Counted from the first letter of the stretch, positions 54,425 to 64,000 are shown. The stretch is DNA of 64,000 nucleotides from Candidatus Shapirobacteria bacterium (GCA_028700625.1 JAQVSI010000001.1:7570-71569); one strand, 5' to 3'. Numbers and translations are program-made. Notes: a model not told the origin generated them from the letters alone.

Positions 54425-56038
54425 ATGACCTTTAAAGAAAGAATTCAGCTTATAAGTCAAAAAAAACAAAGTACTATTTTGTCAGCTTCTTTGGTTTTAG
54501 CCATAACTTTCAGTATTTCTTCTATTCTTGGTCTTTTAAGAAACCGTTTTCTTTATGCTAAGTTCTTTTCTTGTTGTGTTGCTCAACTTGATGTTTATAA
54601 TGCTGCTTTTCGTCTCCCTGATTTAATTTTTAAACTTTTAGTTACTGGTGTTTTATCAGCTTCATTTATTCCAGTTTTTTCTAGTTATCTACATAAAAAC
54701 AAAAAAGTTGCCGACGAAATCGCTTCAACTGTTATCAATCTTCTCCTTATTACTTTTATTTTCATTTCTCTTATTGCTTTCATTTTCATTAAACCAATTT
54801 CAGCTTTAATTGCTGCTGGTTTTTCCCCAGAGCAGTTAACTCTTATGGTTGGTATTAGTCGGATACTTCTTATTGCTCAAATTTTCTTTCTCCTTAGTAA
54901 TTTTGTTACCGCCATTCTTCAAGTCAATCAGATTTTTATTATTCCAGCTATCTCCCCTATTGTCTACAACCTCTTCATTATTATTAGTATTTTTACCCTA
55001 GCTCCAATTTTTGGAATTTATGGAGTGGCCGTTGGAGCTGTTGTTGGTGCTTTTTTTCATTTAGCTATTCAAATACCAGTTCTTCGTCGTCAAGGTTTTG
55101 TTTACTATCCCATAATTAGAACAAAATTAAGTGGTGTCAGAGAGATTTTTAGACTTATGGTACCAAGAATTTTATCGTTAGGTTTGGGTGAAATTGAAAA
55201 TACTGTTACTTTGTTTTTTGCCAGTTCTCTTGCTTCTGGCTCCATTTCTCTTTTAAATTTAGCCCTTCAATTTATGTATTGGCCTAGCCGTATTTTTGGA
55301 ACTACTGTTGGTCAAGCATCTCTTCCTGTTCTTTCAAAAAATATTGCTAAAAACGAGTTAAATACTTTTAGAAATACCGTTAATCGAATTATTGTTCAAA
55401 GTTTGTTTATTGCCGTTCCCATTAGTGCTTTAATTTTGGTCGAAAGAGTTTCCCTTATTAGACTTCTCTATGGATCTCGTGAATTTCCTTGGACAGCCAC
55501 TATTTTAACTTCTAGAATTTTGGCTTTTTTAACACCAGGGATAATTTGTCAGGCAGTAATTCAGATATTGGTTAGAGCTTTTTATGCTCTTCACAACACC
55601 AAAATTCCTTTCATTGTTTCAACAATTTCCTTAATTGTAAATATTTTAACCAGTTTCTACTTTGTTAGGTTTACAAATCTTGGAGTGATTGGTTTAGCAA
55701 TTAGTGCTTCGGTTGGCAATTTAATTCAACTCTTTGGTCTATTAATTATGTTTATCAGAGTTGTCGATGGTTTCAATTGGTCTCTAATGCTCACTAAATT
55801 CTATAAAATTTTTGTTTCTGCTCTTTTGATGGGTATTAGTAGTTGGTTTTCAATAAAATTTTTAGATCTTTTCATTTTAGACACTACACATGTCATTCCA
55901 GTCTTGACATTAATGATAATTTCTTCAATTGTTGGCCTACTTACCTACATATTTTCTGTTCGTTTTTTAAAACTTGATGAAGCAAATGATTATCAAAAAT
56001 ATTTTATAAAATTTAAAGATTTTATTTTCCACAAATAG
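54425..56038 (+). CDS. murJ: Lipid II flippase MurJ/MviN
   Basis: 537 aa, ~14 TM; N-terminal SILGLLRNRFLYAKF..DVYNAAFRLPDLIFKLL pattern typical of MurJ. Confidence 0.7.
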   Translation: MTFKERIQLISQKKQSTILSASLVLAITFSISSILGLLRNRFLYAKFFSCCVAQLDVYNAAFRLPDLIFKLLVTGVLSASFIPVFSSYLHKNKKVADEIASTVINLLLITFIFISLIAFIFIKPISALIAAGFSPEQLTLMVGISRILLIAQIFFLLSNFVTAILQVNQIFIIPAISPIVYNLFIIISIFTLAPIFGIYGVAVGAVVGAFFHLAIQIPVLRRQGFVYYPIIRTKLSGVREIFRLMVPRILSLGLGEIENTVTLFFASSLASGSISLLNLALQFMYWPSRIFGTTVGQASLPVLSKNIAKNELNTFRNTVNRIIVQSLFIAVPISALILVERVSLIRLLYGSREFPWTATILTSRILAFLTPGIICQAVIQILVRAFYALHNTKIPFIVSTISLIVNILTSFYFVRFTNLGVIGLAISASVGNLIQLFGLLIMFIRVVDGFNWSLMLTKFYKIFVSALLMGISSWFSIKFLDLFILDTTHVIPVLTLMIISSIVGLLTYIFSVRFLKLDEANDYQKYFIKFKDFIFHK

Positions 56039-56055
56039 TCGTATATACTGGATAT

Positions 56056-56634
56056 ATGGCTGCCAAGAAAGAAATTTCTCTATTACCAGAATCCAAAAAT
56101 CCAAGATCTTTTGGAGCACGTTTTCTTAAATGGATTACCACTACTGGTAGAGTTACTATTATCCTTACCGAGCTAATTGTTATTTCTGTTTTTATTTCTC
56201 GCTTTTGGTTAGACCGTAAAAATTCAGATCTTTCAGAGATTTTACGTCAAAAGCAGGCTATTTTAGAAAGTGTTATTCCTTTTGAGCAAGAGTTTATTGG
56301 TCTACAGCAAAGATTAACCTACATAAAAGACTTTTATTCAAATCAACCAGAATATAATAAACAGATAGATTCTCTAATTTCTAGCACTCCTCAAAATCTT
56401 TTTTACGAAAGCCTTTCAATCTTAAAAGATGAAAAATCGAAATCGACTACAATTAATACATCTCTAATTGCCTACAAAGAAGAAGATATCGTTTCTTTTA
56501 TTACCAATCTTATGTTGAATCCAGACATTGATCAAGTTGACGTAAATAGAATCGAGAAAAAAGAAAAAGAGAATCAATATTCAATTTCACTTACCTTATT
56601 TTTTAAAACAGTCAAAACTAATCCTAAAACATGA
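56056..56634 (+). CDS. PilN-like type IV pilus assembly protein (bitopic)
   Basis: N-terminal ISLLP motif (cf. PilN INLLP), single TM, periplasmic domain. Confidence 0.45.
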   Translation: MAAKKEISLLPESKNPRSFGARFLKWITTTGRVTIILTELIVISVFISRFWLDRKNSDLSEILRQKQAILESVIPFEQEFIGLQQRLTYIKDFYSNQPEYNKQIDSLISSTPQNLFYESLSILKDEKSKSTTINTSLIAYKEEDIVSFITNLMLNPDIDQVDVNRIEKKEKENQYSISLTLFFKTVKTNPKT

Positions 56635-57266
56635 TAATAACTAAATCTTGGTCCCAACTTAGACCAATGTATGATTATATTAAAAAACAGACAGAAAATG
56701 AAAAGTTTTTTAAAAACTTAGAAATTGGTGGCACTTTCACCTTAATTGCCATCTTTCTATTTTTCGCTATTATGCCAACCATAATTACTATTTCTTCATT
56801 GATTGGAGATATTAAGTCTAAAGAAGCTTTTATAAAAAAAGTGGATTTAAAGGTTGCTAATATTATTAAAGCTCAAGAATCCTACAGTCAAGTTCAAGAA
56901 AAATACTATTTAATTGAAGAGACCTTTCCTTCTCTGGCTAATTACTACAGTGGAACTTCTAATATTGCTACCATATTTAGAGATTCTTCTTTGAGTATTG
57001 ATCAAATTAGTTTAAACTTGAATGAAAATAAAAATGAAGAAAAAAAATTCTTTAGTTCTTATCAACTCAATCTTAATGGTGAAGGTAACTATTCTTCAAT
57101 TATAGAAATGGTTAAAAAAATGTTAAACAATCGCCGTCTAGTTGACACTACTAGTATCCAGATTAGTCAAGTAAAATCGGATGCTAATCAAGCATCTACT
57201 GAGAATGTTAGGGTCAATTTTTCTAGTAATTTATATTTTTTACCAGATAATAATGAAAAAAAATAA
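56631..57266 (+). CDS. PilO-like bitopic membrane protein
   Basis: TM at ~residue 30-60 followed by a coiled-coil and C-terminal domain; 4-bp overlap with the previous gene. Confidence 0.4.
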   Translation: MIITKSWSQLRPMYDYIKKQTENEKFFKNLEIGGTFTLIAIFLFFAIMPTIITISSLIGDIKSKEAFIKKVDLKVANIIKAQESYSQVQEKYYLIEETFPSLANYYSGTSNIATIFRDSSLSIDQISLNLNENKNEEKKFFSSYQLNLNGEGNYSSIIEMVKKMLNNRRLVDTTSIQISQVKSDANQASTENVRVNFSSNLYFLPDNNEKK

Positions 57267-57564
57267 ATTATCTTCTTATTTTATATTTATATCTTTTATC
57301 ACCTTTTTAACTATATTTTTATCGATAGTTCAAAAAAGTTATTTTAGCTTAAAAAAGCCTCAGAATATAGTTGAAAAAAATGCATTATTAAAAGAAATTA
57401 GCCCAAATCTAGATCTTTTTGTTATTTCTATTATTGAATCAAAAGGAAAAAATACAGACGATAATTTTGATTTTTCAATCATAAGATCAAGCAAAAACTT
57501 GAATACAAACACAATGATTACTCCAATTGCCAGCCAGGCAGCTGAAGCATTAACAACACCATAA
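57253..57564 (+). CDS. Small N-terminally anchored protein (about 103 aa); start chosen at MKKNKLSS
   Basis: Overlaps the previous stop by 14 nt; TM then soluble region. Confidence 0.3.
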   Translation: MKKNKLSSYFIFISFITFLTIFLSIVQKSYFSLKKPQNIVEKNALLKEISPNLDLFVISIIESKGKNTDDNFDFSIIRSSKNLNTNTMITPIASQAAEALTTP

Positions 57565-58859
57565 TGATTAAAGAAAAAAAAATTCCCACAATATTGGGAC
57601 TATTTATTTTAATAGGGGGACTTTTTGTTGGTGTTTTATTAAACAACAAAAATACTAATTTTATTTCTAAAGCGAGTAGTGATTGCGTTCCCCAAAACCC
57701 ACAAATAACCAATATAACAGACAATTCCGTTGCTTTATCTTTTGTTACTGAATCTTCTTGTCTTTCAACCTTGTTGATTAATAATCAAATTATTAATAAT
57801 TCTGCTGTTTTAGCTAATAGTCAGAAAAGTAAAATTCATTATTTTGATGTCACTAATTTATCAGACAACACTCAATACGAGTATTCTTTTGTTAACGACG
57901 GTAAATCTTATCCTCAATCTCCAAAAATTAAGACGGCTGAAAAACCAAACGGATCAATTCCTTCTTCAAATTTGGCTTGGGGTAGAGTTTTTACTCCAGA
58001 GTTAAAATCAGCAAGTAAGGTTATGCTTTTTATTAATATTCCTGGAGCTGCACCTTTATCTGCTTTAGTGACCACTTCTGGTAATTGGAATATTTCTCTA
58101 GTTAATAGTTTTAATGAATCAAAAACCAACAGATTTAATCCACCTCAAGATACAGTTGAAGAGATTATTGTCATTGATCAGGAAAAACAAACCACTCAAA
58201 TTAGTGCCAATACTTCACAAAACAATCCAGTTCCAGATATTATCTTAGGTCAAAATCAATTTTCCTTACTACCTGTCACTTTTAATGCAGAAACAAACAC
58301 TGGTTTTTTGCCTTCAATTTCTCCAGTTCAAAGTTCTAAAGAATTAGATATTTTAAATCCAAAAGATAACGAACCTCTTTCTACAAAAAAGCCAGATTTT
58401 TTTGGAACTGGGCCAATTAATTCTAAAATAAAAATAGAAGTGCACTCACCCACTGTCTACAAAGGGGAAGTAACTACTCAAAGTGATGGTTCCTGGAATT
58501 GGTCTCCACCATCAGATTTAACTCCAGGAGAACATACTATTACTGCTACTGTTATCGAAAATGGTGTTGAAAAAATTATTTCTCGAAAATTTATCGTTCT
58601 TGCTGCTGACAATTCTCTTGCTTATTCAGCCTCTTCTTCCGCAATTACCTCGACTCCAACTCCAACTACAACCCCAACCCTAACTCCAACCAAAATAATC
58701 ACTCCCACTGTCATTCCAACCATTCGTACTAGTAAACCAAGTACAAGCTCTGGTGTTCCTACAACGGGAAATTCATTTCCTACTTTTATTTTAATTTTAA
58801 CAGCCATTTCTTTTATTAGCCTTTCTCTTTTCTCTCTTAGAAAAGTAATAAAAAACTAA
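57564..58859 (+). CDS. Surface protein (431 aa): N-terminal TM/signal, beta-rich domains, Pro/Thr linker, C-terminal VPTTG plus hydrophobic plus basic tail
   Basis: Read from translation; the C-terminus resembles a sortase-type sorting signal (VPTTG..FILILTAISFISLSLFSLRKVIKN). Confidence 0.4.
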   Translation: MIKEKKIPTILGLFILIGGLFVGVLLNNKNTNFISKASSDCVPQNPQITNITDNSVALSFVTESSCLSTLLINNQIINNSAVLANSQKSKIHYFDVTNLSDNTQYEYSFVNDGKSYPQSPKIKTAEKPNGSIPSSNLAWGRVFTPELKSASKVMLFINIPGAAPLSALVTTSGNWNISLVNSFNESKTNRFNPPQDTVEEIIVIDQEKQTTQISANTSQNNPVPDIILGQNQFSLLPVTFNAETNTGFLPSISPVQSSKELDILNPKDNEPLSTKKPDFFGTGPINSKIKIEVHSPTVYKGEVTTQSDGSWNWSPPSDLTPGEHTITATVIENGVEKIISRKFIVLAADNSLAYSASSSAITSTPTPTTTPTLTPTKIITPTVIPTIRTSKPSTSSGVPTTGNSFPTFILILTAISFISLSLFSLRKVIKN

Positions 58860-58897
58860 AATATAAAGCTAAACAATCGTAATGGTATTATATTATA

Positions 58898-59833
58898 TTG
58901 ATGATATCTCAAATTAAACTTTTCAAGTCTATTTTAGAAGAACTTCGTCCTATTCAATGGATAAAAAATTTAGCTATTTTTGCTGCTGTAATTTTGAATG
59001 GTCAATTGTTCGATAAAAATTTGTTTATTAAAAGTTTTTTTGCTTTTGTAACTTTTTGCTTACTCTCTTCTTCTTCTTACATAATTAATGATCTTATTGA
59101 TATTGAAAAAGATCGTCTTCATCCAACCAAAAAAAATAGACCAATTGCTAGAGGTGATATTCCAGAATATCTAGGTGTCTTTATTGCTATTATCCTTCTG
59201 TTTTTTGGTTTAGCCATTGCTCTTTTTACCAGTTATCCATTTTTTATTATTTCTCTGATTTTTATCTTACTCCAATATTCTTATTCCTTATTTTTAAAAA
59301 AGAAAGCTATCATAGATATTGTTGGAATTGCTTTGTTTTTCATAATTCGTGCTTACGCCGGTGAATTGGTTACTGGATATCATCTTCCAATTTGGATTAT
59401 GTTAACTGTTATTTTCTTATCACTCTTTATCGCTAGTGGAAAACGTCGCAGCGAACTAGTAAACAGTGGAATCAAAACACGCTCTGCCTTGGCTGGTTAC
59501 GGTAAAACCTTATTGAATTTCTATACCACCATGTTTGCTGTTTGCACTTTAATTACCTACGCTATGTTTACTTTTTTTGAAGAATCAGTAACTTTTTCTG
59601 GATCTGGTATCTTACATAGCTTCCTTTTAGATAATTTTCCAAACGCTTTGAATCGAAAATGGTATATGATCACTCTTTTACCAGTTATATTCGGAATGAT
59701 GCGTCATGGTCAGATTATTTTTGAAATGCAAGAAGGTGAGAGACCTGAAAGAGTTATTGCTACAGACATACCACTTTTACTTTCAGTTCTAACTTGGGGA
59801 TTGATGATGATTGGTATTATCTATGCAATTTAA
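58898..59833 (+). CDS. UbiA-family prenyltransferase resembling decaprenyl-phosphate phosphoribosyltransferase (DPPR synthase)
   Basis: NDLIDIEKDRLHPTKKNRPIARGDI Asp-rich motif characteristic of the DPPR-synthase-like UbiA subfamily; ~8 TMs. Confidence 0.65.
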   Translation: MMISQIKLFKSILEELRPIQWIKNLAIFAAVILNGQLFDKNLFIKSFFAFVTFCLLSSSSYIINDLIDIEKDRLHPTKKNRPIARGDIPEYLGVFIAIILLFFGLAIALFTSYPFFIISLIFILLQYSYSLFLKKKAIIDIVGIALFFIIRAYAGELVTGYHLPIWIMLTVIFLSLFIASGKRRSELVNSGIKTRSALAGYGKTLLNFYTTMFAVCTLITYAMFTFFEESVTFSGSGILHSFLLDNFPNALNRKWYMITLLPVIFGMMRHGQIIFEMQEGERPERVIATDIPLLLSVLTWGLMMIGIIYAI

Positions 59834-61319
59834 TAAAATTAAGAATTTTTTAATTCCACTGTCTTTATTAGTTTTGATGCTAGCTACTCGTTTTTGTTTT
59901 CTAAATTGGGGTAATGGTTTTTTCTTCAATCCAGACGAAAATAATATGGCCGCTTCAATAGCTCAAATGAGTTATTCCAATCTTAATCCTGATTTTTTTG
60001 CTTATGGTCAGTTTCCTCTTTTTCTAACTTTTTTTACTACTCCAAATTATAATTTTTCGACCATTATTTTAACTCTTCGTTTTTGGTCAGCCATTTTTTC
60101 TTGTCTTTCTCTTTTTTTCTTTTATTTAATTTCTAAAAATATTTTTAAATCTCCCAAAGTTAGTTTTATTTTTGTTTTACTGTTAATTTTTACCCCAGGT
60201 CTAATTCAATTAGCTCATTTTGGTACTACCGAATCTCTTTTGATTTTTGTTTTTTCCGCTAACATTTTTTTGTCTTTAAAATATTATCAAAATCAACAAA
60301 AAAAATATTTTCTTTTTTCTGTTTTAATTAGTGCCATAGGTCTTTCTTCAAAAATAACTGCCATCTTTTTTATACTTCCTTTTTACTTTTCTCTTTTTTT
60401 TATTTTTTTAGAAAATAAAAAAATATTAAATTTTATTTCCACCACCTTAATTTTTACTTTTTTCTTTTTATCTTTATCTATTCTTTTTTCACCATTTAAT
60501 ATTATTGATTTTTCCAATTTTAAATCAACCATGATTCATGAAACTTCAATTGCCACTGGTCAACTTAAAATTTTTTATACTCATCAATTTGAAAATTCCT
60601 ATGCCTATTTATTTCAATTTAAAAATATTTTTCCTTATACAAATGGCATTTTTATATTTACTTTATCTTTTTTTGGTTTTTTTATTTTTTTAAAAAATAA
60701 AATTAGAAAAGAATTACTTTTAGTTTTTCTTCCATCAATAATTTATTTTCTCTATGTTGGTCAACTTTTTGTTAAATGGACACGTTTTGTTTCTCCTCTC
60801 TTTTTTATTGGACCATTTTTTTGTCTTTTTATTTTTAAAAAATTTAAAAATGTTTTTCTGACTTTTATTTTAATTATTTTAATGATTAGTCCAGGAATTT
60901 ATTTTTTTCAAAAATATTTTTTACCAGACAATAGAATAACAGCCTCTAATTGGATTAATTCCAATATTCCTCTAAATTCTTATATTTTATCTGAATCCGG
61001 TAATGTTATTAATTTACCTTTATTTTCTTCAAAATTTACTGTAAATAATTTTGATTTTTATAATCCAGAAAATCTAAGCAATTTATCAGCAGAAATAAAC
61101 AAAAGTGATTATATTATTGTTCCGTCTCGACGTGTTTTTAAAAACAATTTTTCATTGACACAAAATTATTATCAACAATTATTTTCAGGAGAAATTGGTT
61201 TTAACGAAATTAAAAAATTTAATAATCAAAAAAGTTTATTTTTAAATTCCGAAAATGCTGAAGAAACATGGTCAGTTTTTGATCATCCAACCATCAGAAT
61301 ATATCAACATGTCAAATAA
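59811..61319 (+). CDS. GT-C fold polytopic membrane glycosyltransferase
   Basis: 502 aa, many TMs, NPDENN motif in first extracytoplasmic loop. Confidence 0.45.
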   Translation: MVLSMQFNKIKNFLIPLSLLVLMLATRFCFLNWGNGFFFNPDENNMAASIAQMSYSNLNPDFFAYGQFPLFLTFFTTPNYNFSTIILTLRFWSAIFSCLSLFFFYLISKNIFKSPKVSFIFVLLLIFTPGLIQLAHFGTTESLLIFVFSANIFLSLKYYQNQQKKYFLFSVLISAIGLSSKITAIFFILPFYFSLFFIFLENKKILNFISTTLIFTFFFLSLSILFSPFNIIDFSNFKSTMIHETSIATGQLKIFYTHQFENSYAYLFQFKNIFPYTNGIFIFTLSFFGFFIFLKNKIRKELLLVFLPSIIYFLYVGQLFVKWTRFVSPLFFIGPFFCLFIFKKFKNVFLTFILIILMISPGIYFFQKYFLPDNRITASNWINSNIPLNSYILSESGNVINLPLFSSKFTVNNFDFYNPENLSNLSAEINKSDYIIVPSRRVFKNNFSLTQNYYQQLFSGEIGFNEIKKFNNQKSLFLNSENAEETWSVFDHPTIRIYQHVK

Positions 61320-61941
61320 ATATTTAACAAAAAAAACTATTAATTTATTTCCTCTTTTTTGGCCAAGATTTTATGTCTATTTAAGATCAATAGTATTGCC
61401 TCTTTTTCAAATTGAATCTCTTTTACCCCCAAAAGGATCAATTTTAGATGTTGGCTGCGGTTATGGATTTACTTCAATTTTTTTTGCTCTTAAAAATAAA
61501 AAGCGTCAAATTTTTGGCTCAGAAATTGAATCAAAAAGAGTTTTATTGGCGAAAAAAGTTTCAAAATCTATTTCAAATATCTCGTTTGAAACTTCAGATT
61601 TGATCAATAAAAATAAATCAAAATTCGATGTTGTTTTGGCAATCGATCTTCTTCACCATATAAATTTTTCTCAAAAAAAGACTTTTTTAAAAGATGCTTC
61701 TTTAAAACTAAAGCCAAAAGGACTTTTAATTATTAAAGATATCGATACTACACCTATACATAAATATTTTTGGAATTATATTCATGATTCAATCATGACC
61801 AAATTTTCCAAACTTTATTTTTTATCTTCTAATCAAATAGAAAATCTTTTAATTAAAAATAATTTTAAAATTATTAAAAAAGGAAAATATAAAAACCTTT
61901 TTTACCCACATATTTTTTATGTTTGTCAAAAAAACTTTTAA
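61255..61941 (+). CDS. Class I SAM-dependent methyltransferase
   Basis: ILDVGCGYGFTSIFFAL motif I; LAIDLLHH motif. Confidence 0.6.
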   Translation: MLKKHGQFLIIQPSEYINMSNKYLTKKTINLFPLFWPRFYVYLRSIVLPLFQIESLLPPKGSILDVGCGYGFTSIFFALKNKKRQIFGSEIESKRVLLAKKVSKSISNISFETSDLINKNKSKFDVVLAIDLLHHINFSQKKTFLKDASLKLKPKGLLIIKDIDTTPIHKYFWNYIHDSIMTKFSKLYFLSSNQIENLLIKNNFKIIKKGKYKNLFYPHIFYVCQKNF

Positions 61942-63646
61942 TTATCAAATATTTTTCATTTTTTCAATTTTTTGTTTATCCTTAATAATCAGGCTTTTTA
62001 ATATTAATTGGGATCAAGGCCAACATCTTCATCCAGACGAAAGATTTTTGACGATGGTAGAAAGCACCATTAAATTGCCAAACTCACTTTCCCAGTATTT
62101 AAATACTGGTGATTCTCCTTTAAATCCATACAACTATAAAGAATTTCAATTTTTCGTTTACGGTACTTTTCCTATTTTTTTAATTAAATACATATCAAAT
62201 TTTATTAATATGGGTGAATATCATCAGGTTTATTTAGTTGGTCGATTTTTTTCTGCCTTTTTTGATTCATTAAACATAATCGGTATTTATTTATTTATGA
62301 AATTTTTAATTAAAGAAAAGAAAAATAAATTTATAGTTTTATTGCCAAGTTTCTTATATGCTTTTTGCGTTTTACCAATTCAGTTATCTCATTTTTTTGC
62401 TGTCGATACTTTTTTAACACCAATTTTATTATTTACTTTTATTTTTCTTGTTTATTGGATTTCCAAAAGAAAAATTATTTTTCTTTTAATCGCTGCCGTT
62501 TTATTTGGGTTAGGCCTTTCAACTAAAATTTCTGCTTATTTATTTTCACCAGTAATTTTACTTTTTTTTATTTATCATTTTTTCACCACTAAAAACAAAA
62601 TACAAACTTTATACTTATCAATTATTTTTTCTCTGATAAGTCTTACTATTTTTAGATTTTTTCAGCCATATGCTTTTGTTGGTTTATTTAAAATAAATCC
62701 AATTTTTGTTGAAAACATGGTTTATTTAAAATCAATGTTAACTAACAAAAATGTTTTTTATCCACCAGAAATTCAATGGTTAAGTAAAACACCTCTAATT
62801 TATCCTCTCTATAACATTTTAGTTTGGGGTCTCGGTTTACCCCTCAGTTTAATTCTTTTTTTAAAAATAAAAAAAACCACCAATCCATTTGTTGTGTTTT
62901 GCATTATTTTTTGGATTCTTTTTCTTTTTATTCAACAAGGTCTTCAATTTACTCACACTATGCGTTATTTTCTACCAATTTATCCATTTATATTTGTTTT
63001 AGTTGGTTTAATTTTTCAAAATCATTTTTCTAAAAAAATTCTTTTTATTTTACTTTCACTGCATGTTATTTATTGTTTGTTCTTTATTTCAATTTACACT
63101 CGGCCACATTCTCGAATTCAAGCCTCAAATTGGATTTATAAAAATATTCCTTCAGAATCAAAAATCGCCAATGAATATTGGGATGATCCGCTTCCTCTTT
63201 ATTTAGACTCTTCTAATTTTTATTCAAACCAAACACTTGATCTTTATTCCCCAGACACTCAAGAAAAATGGCAGAAAATTAACTCCATTTTAGAAGACAC
63301 AGATTATCTTTTTCTTAGCTCAAATCGTCTATGGTCTTCTATTCCGTCAGTTCCCAAAAAATATCCTTTAGCTACTAAATATTACCAAGATCTTTTTGAT
63401 GGTAATTCAAATTTTAAGAAAATAATAGAATTTAATTCTTATCCAGGCATTTCACTCCCTTTTTTAAACAAGTGTTTTTATTTTGGTCCAACTAATTTTC
63501 CTTATTCACAAAATGAAAATAAATGGTTTGAGGTCAACAAAAGTTGTCTTTATCCAGGGATTTATCTTAGAGATGATGTTGCTGAAGAAGCTTTTTCAGT
63601 CTACGATCATCCAAAAGTAATTATCTTTAAAAAAATGATAAACTAA
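61919..63646 (+). CDS. GT-C fold polytopic membrane glycosyltransferase (second paralogue)
   Basis: 575 aa, HLHPDERF motif after TM1; many TMs. Confidence 0.45.
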   Translation: MFVKKTFNYQIFFIFSIFCLSLIIRLFNINWDQGQHLHPDERFLTMVESTIKLPNSLSQYLNTGDSPLNPYNYKEFQFFVYGTFPIFLIKYISNFINMGEYHQVYLVGRFFSAFFDSLNIIGIYLFMKFLIKEKKNKFIVLLPSFLYAFCVLPIQLSHFFAVDTFLTPILLFTFIFLVYWISKRKIIFLLIAAVLFGLGLSTKISAYLFSPVILLFFIYHFFTTKNKIQTLYLSIIFSLISLTIFRFFQPYAFVGLFKINPIFVENMVYLKSMLTNKNVFYPPEIQWLSKTPLIYPLYNILVWGLGLPLSLILFLKIKKTTNPFVVFCIIFWILFLFIQQGLQFTHTMRYFLPIYPFIFVLVGLIFQNHFSKKILFILLSLHVIYCLFFISIYTRPHSRIQASNWIYKNIPSESKIANEYWDDPLPLYLDSSNFYSNQTLDLYSPDTQEKWQKINSILEDTDYLFLSSNRLWSSIPSVPKKYPLATKYYQDLFDGNSNFKKIIEFNSYPGISLPFLNKCFYFGPTNFPYSQNENKWFEVNKSCLYPGIYLRDDVAEEAFSVYDHPKVIIFKKMIN

Positions 63647-63650
63647 AGCT

Positions 63651-64000
63651 GTGAATTTAAACCTAAAAAAAATTCTATTTTGGCAATCAAAAAAAGATTT
63701 TCTTGTTGTTTTTGATCACGATTTTTGGGGAGAAATTTCTTTAATTTTTTTAAATTATTCAATTTGGATTTTTTTCTTTTTTCTTTCTTATCAATTAATT
63801 TCTTTTGATATTAATTTTTTTGGCCGTCTTCTTATTGCCACCATTATTGCCGAATTAATTGAAAGAGGTCTTAAAAAGAAATGTTTTTGGATTAGACCTA
63901 TGTTTAATCGTCGAAAAGTTTCGCCAAAAGGTTTAGTTAATAATTGGTATCACAGTGGTTCTTTTCCGTCGGGCCACACCATGAAAGCCACTTTTTTCTT
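63651..64000 (+). CDS. PAP2-family phosphatase (3'-truncated by window edge; GTG start)
   Basis: KKKCFWIRP (KxxxxxxRP) and SFPSGH PAP2 motifs. Confidence 0.6.
   Translation, partial: MNLNLKKILFWQSKKDFLVVFDHDFWGEISLIFLNYSIWIFFFFLSYQLISFDINFFGRLLIATIIAELIERGLKKKCFWIRPMFNRRKVSPKGLVNNWYHSGSFPSGHTMKATFF

Noticed and set aside
1-64000. Alternative genetic code (UGA recoded, as in some CPR lineages)
   Set aside because: TGA terminates several well-delimited genes, including overlapping ATGA junctions at 21485 and 47659, so standard code 11 fits. The in-frame TAG and TAA found are not explained by known bacterial recodings
1-64000. CRISPR array, rRNA genes, prophage
   Set aside because: The only regularly spaced repeats are the dispersed palindromic element family (not arrayed with spacers) and PT-linker microsatellites. 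No rRNA-like conserved stretches and no phage structural gene set were seen

Overview
A 64 kb, low-GC (~30-35%), gene-dense bacterial segment dominated by small housekeeping genes. Its content looks like a reduced-genome Patescibacteria/CPR-like organism, but that is an inference from gene content and cannot be confirmed from this window. Standard genetic code: TGA is used as a stop codon, for example at 21486-21488, 7127-7129 and 47660-47662.

Recognisable core genes include comFC, an archaeal-type triosephosphate isomerase, rnhA, tsaD, a fused tsaC-tsaE, valS, rplY and trpS. Further along are a cluster of three minus-strand tRNAs, an FtsB-like gene, a XerD-like recombinase, a polyprenyl synthase, dnaG-rpoD, a tRNA-Asn, greA, queA and mscL. 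The later part of the window holds rarA, a DEAD-box helicase, two Nramp-like transporters, a two-subunit 2-oxoacid:ferredoxin oxidoreductase, map, folD, tatD-metG, rpsT and murJ.

The most striking non-genic signal is a family of about 10 copies of a ~40-50 bp double-hairpin palindromic element. Core sequence: ...CCCTyyTGTCAAGGGAGGGTGCCCGCAGGGCGGGTGGGTTTTA. Copies lie in intergenic spacers and also in frame inside three coding sequences (tsaC-E, rarA, and the 3' end of the oxidoreductase alpha subunit). This resembles Rickettsia palindromic elements.

Several genes are interrupted:
- an in-frame TAG at a conserved Trp codon of the oxidoreductase beta subunit;
- an in-frame TAA splitting a beta-CASP metallo-beta-lactamase-fold nuclease;
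- a frameshift-split Nramp-like transporter;
- a frameshifted PlsC-like acyltransferase.

Accessory or notable modules:
- a membrane-anchored FtsK/VirD4-like translocase ATPase with a small acidic upstream partner, next to xerD and the tRNA cluster;
- a PilN/PilO-like pair with a surface protein;
- a cell-envelope glycan cluster: UbiA DPPR-synthase-like prenyltransferase, two GT-C glycosyltransferases, a methyltransferase and a PAP2 phosphatase;
- tandem TspO paralogues;
- a small accessory-looking island after tRNA-Asn with small signal-peptide/membrane proteins.

No rRNA, CRISPR array or clear prophage was seen.
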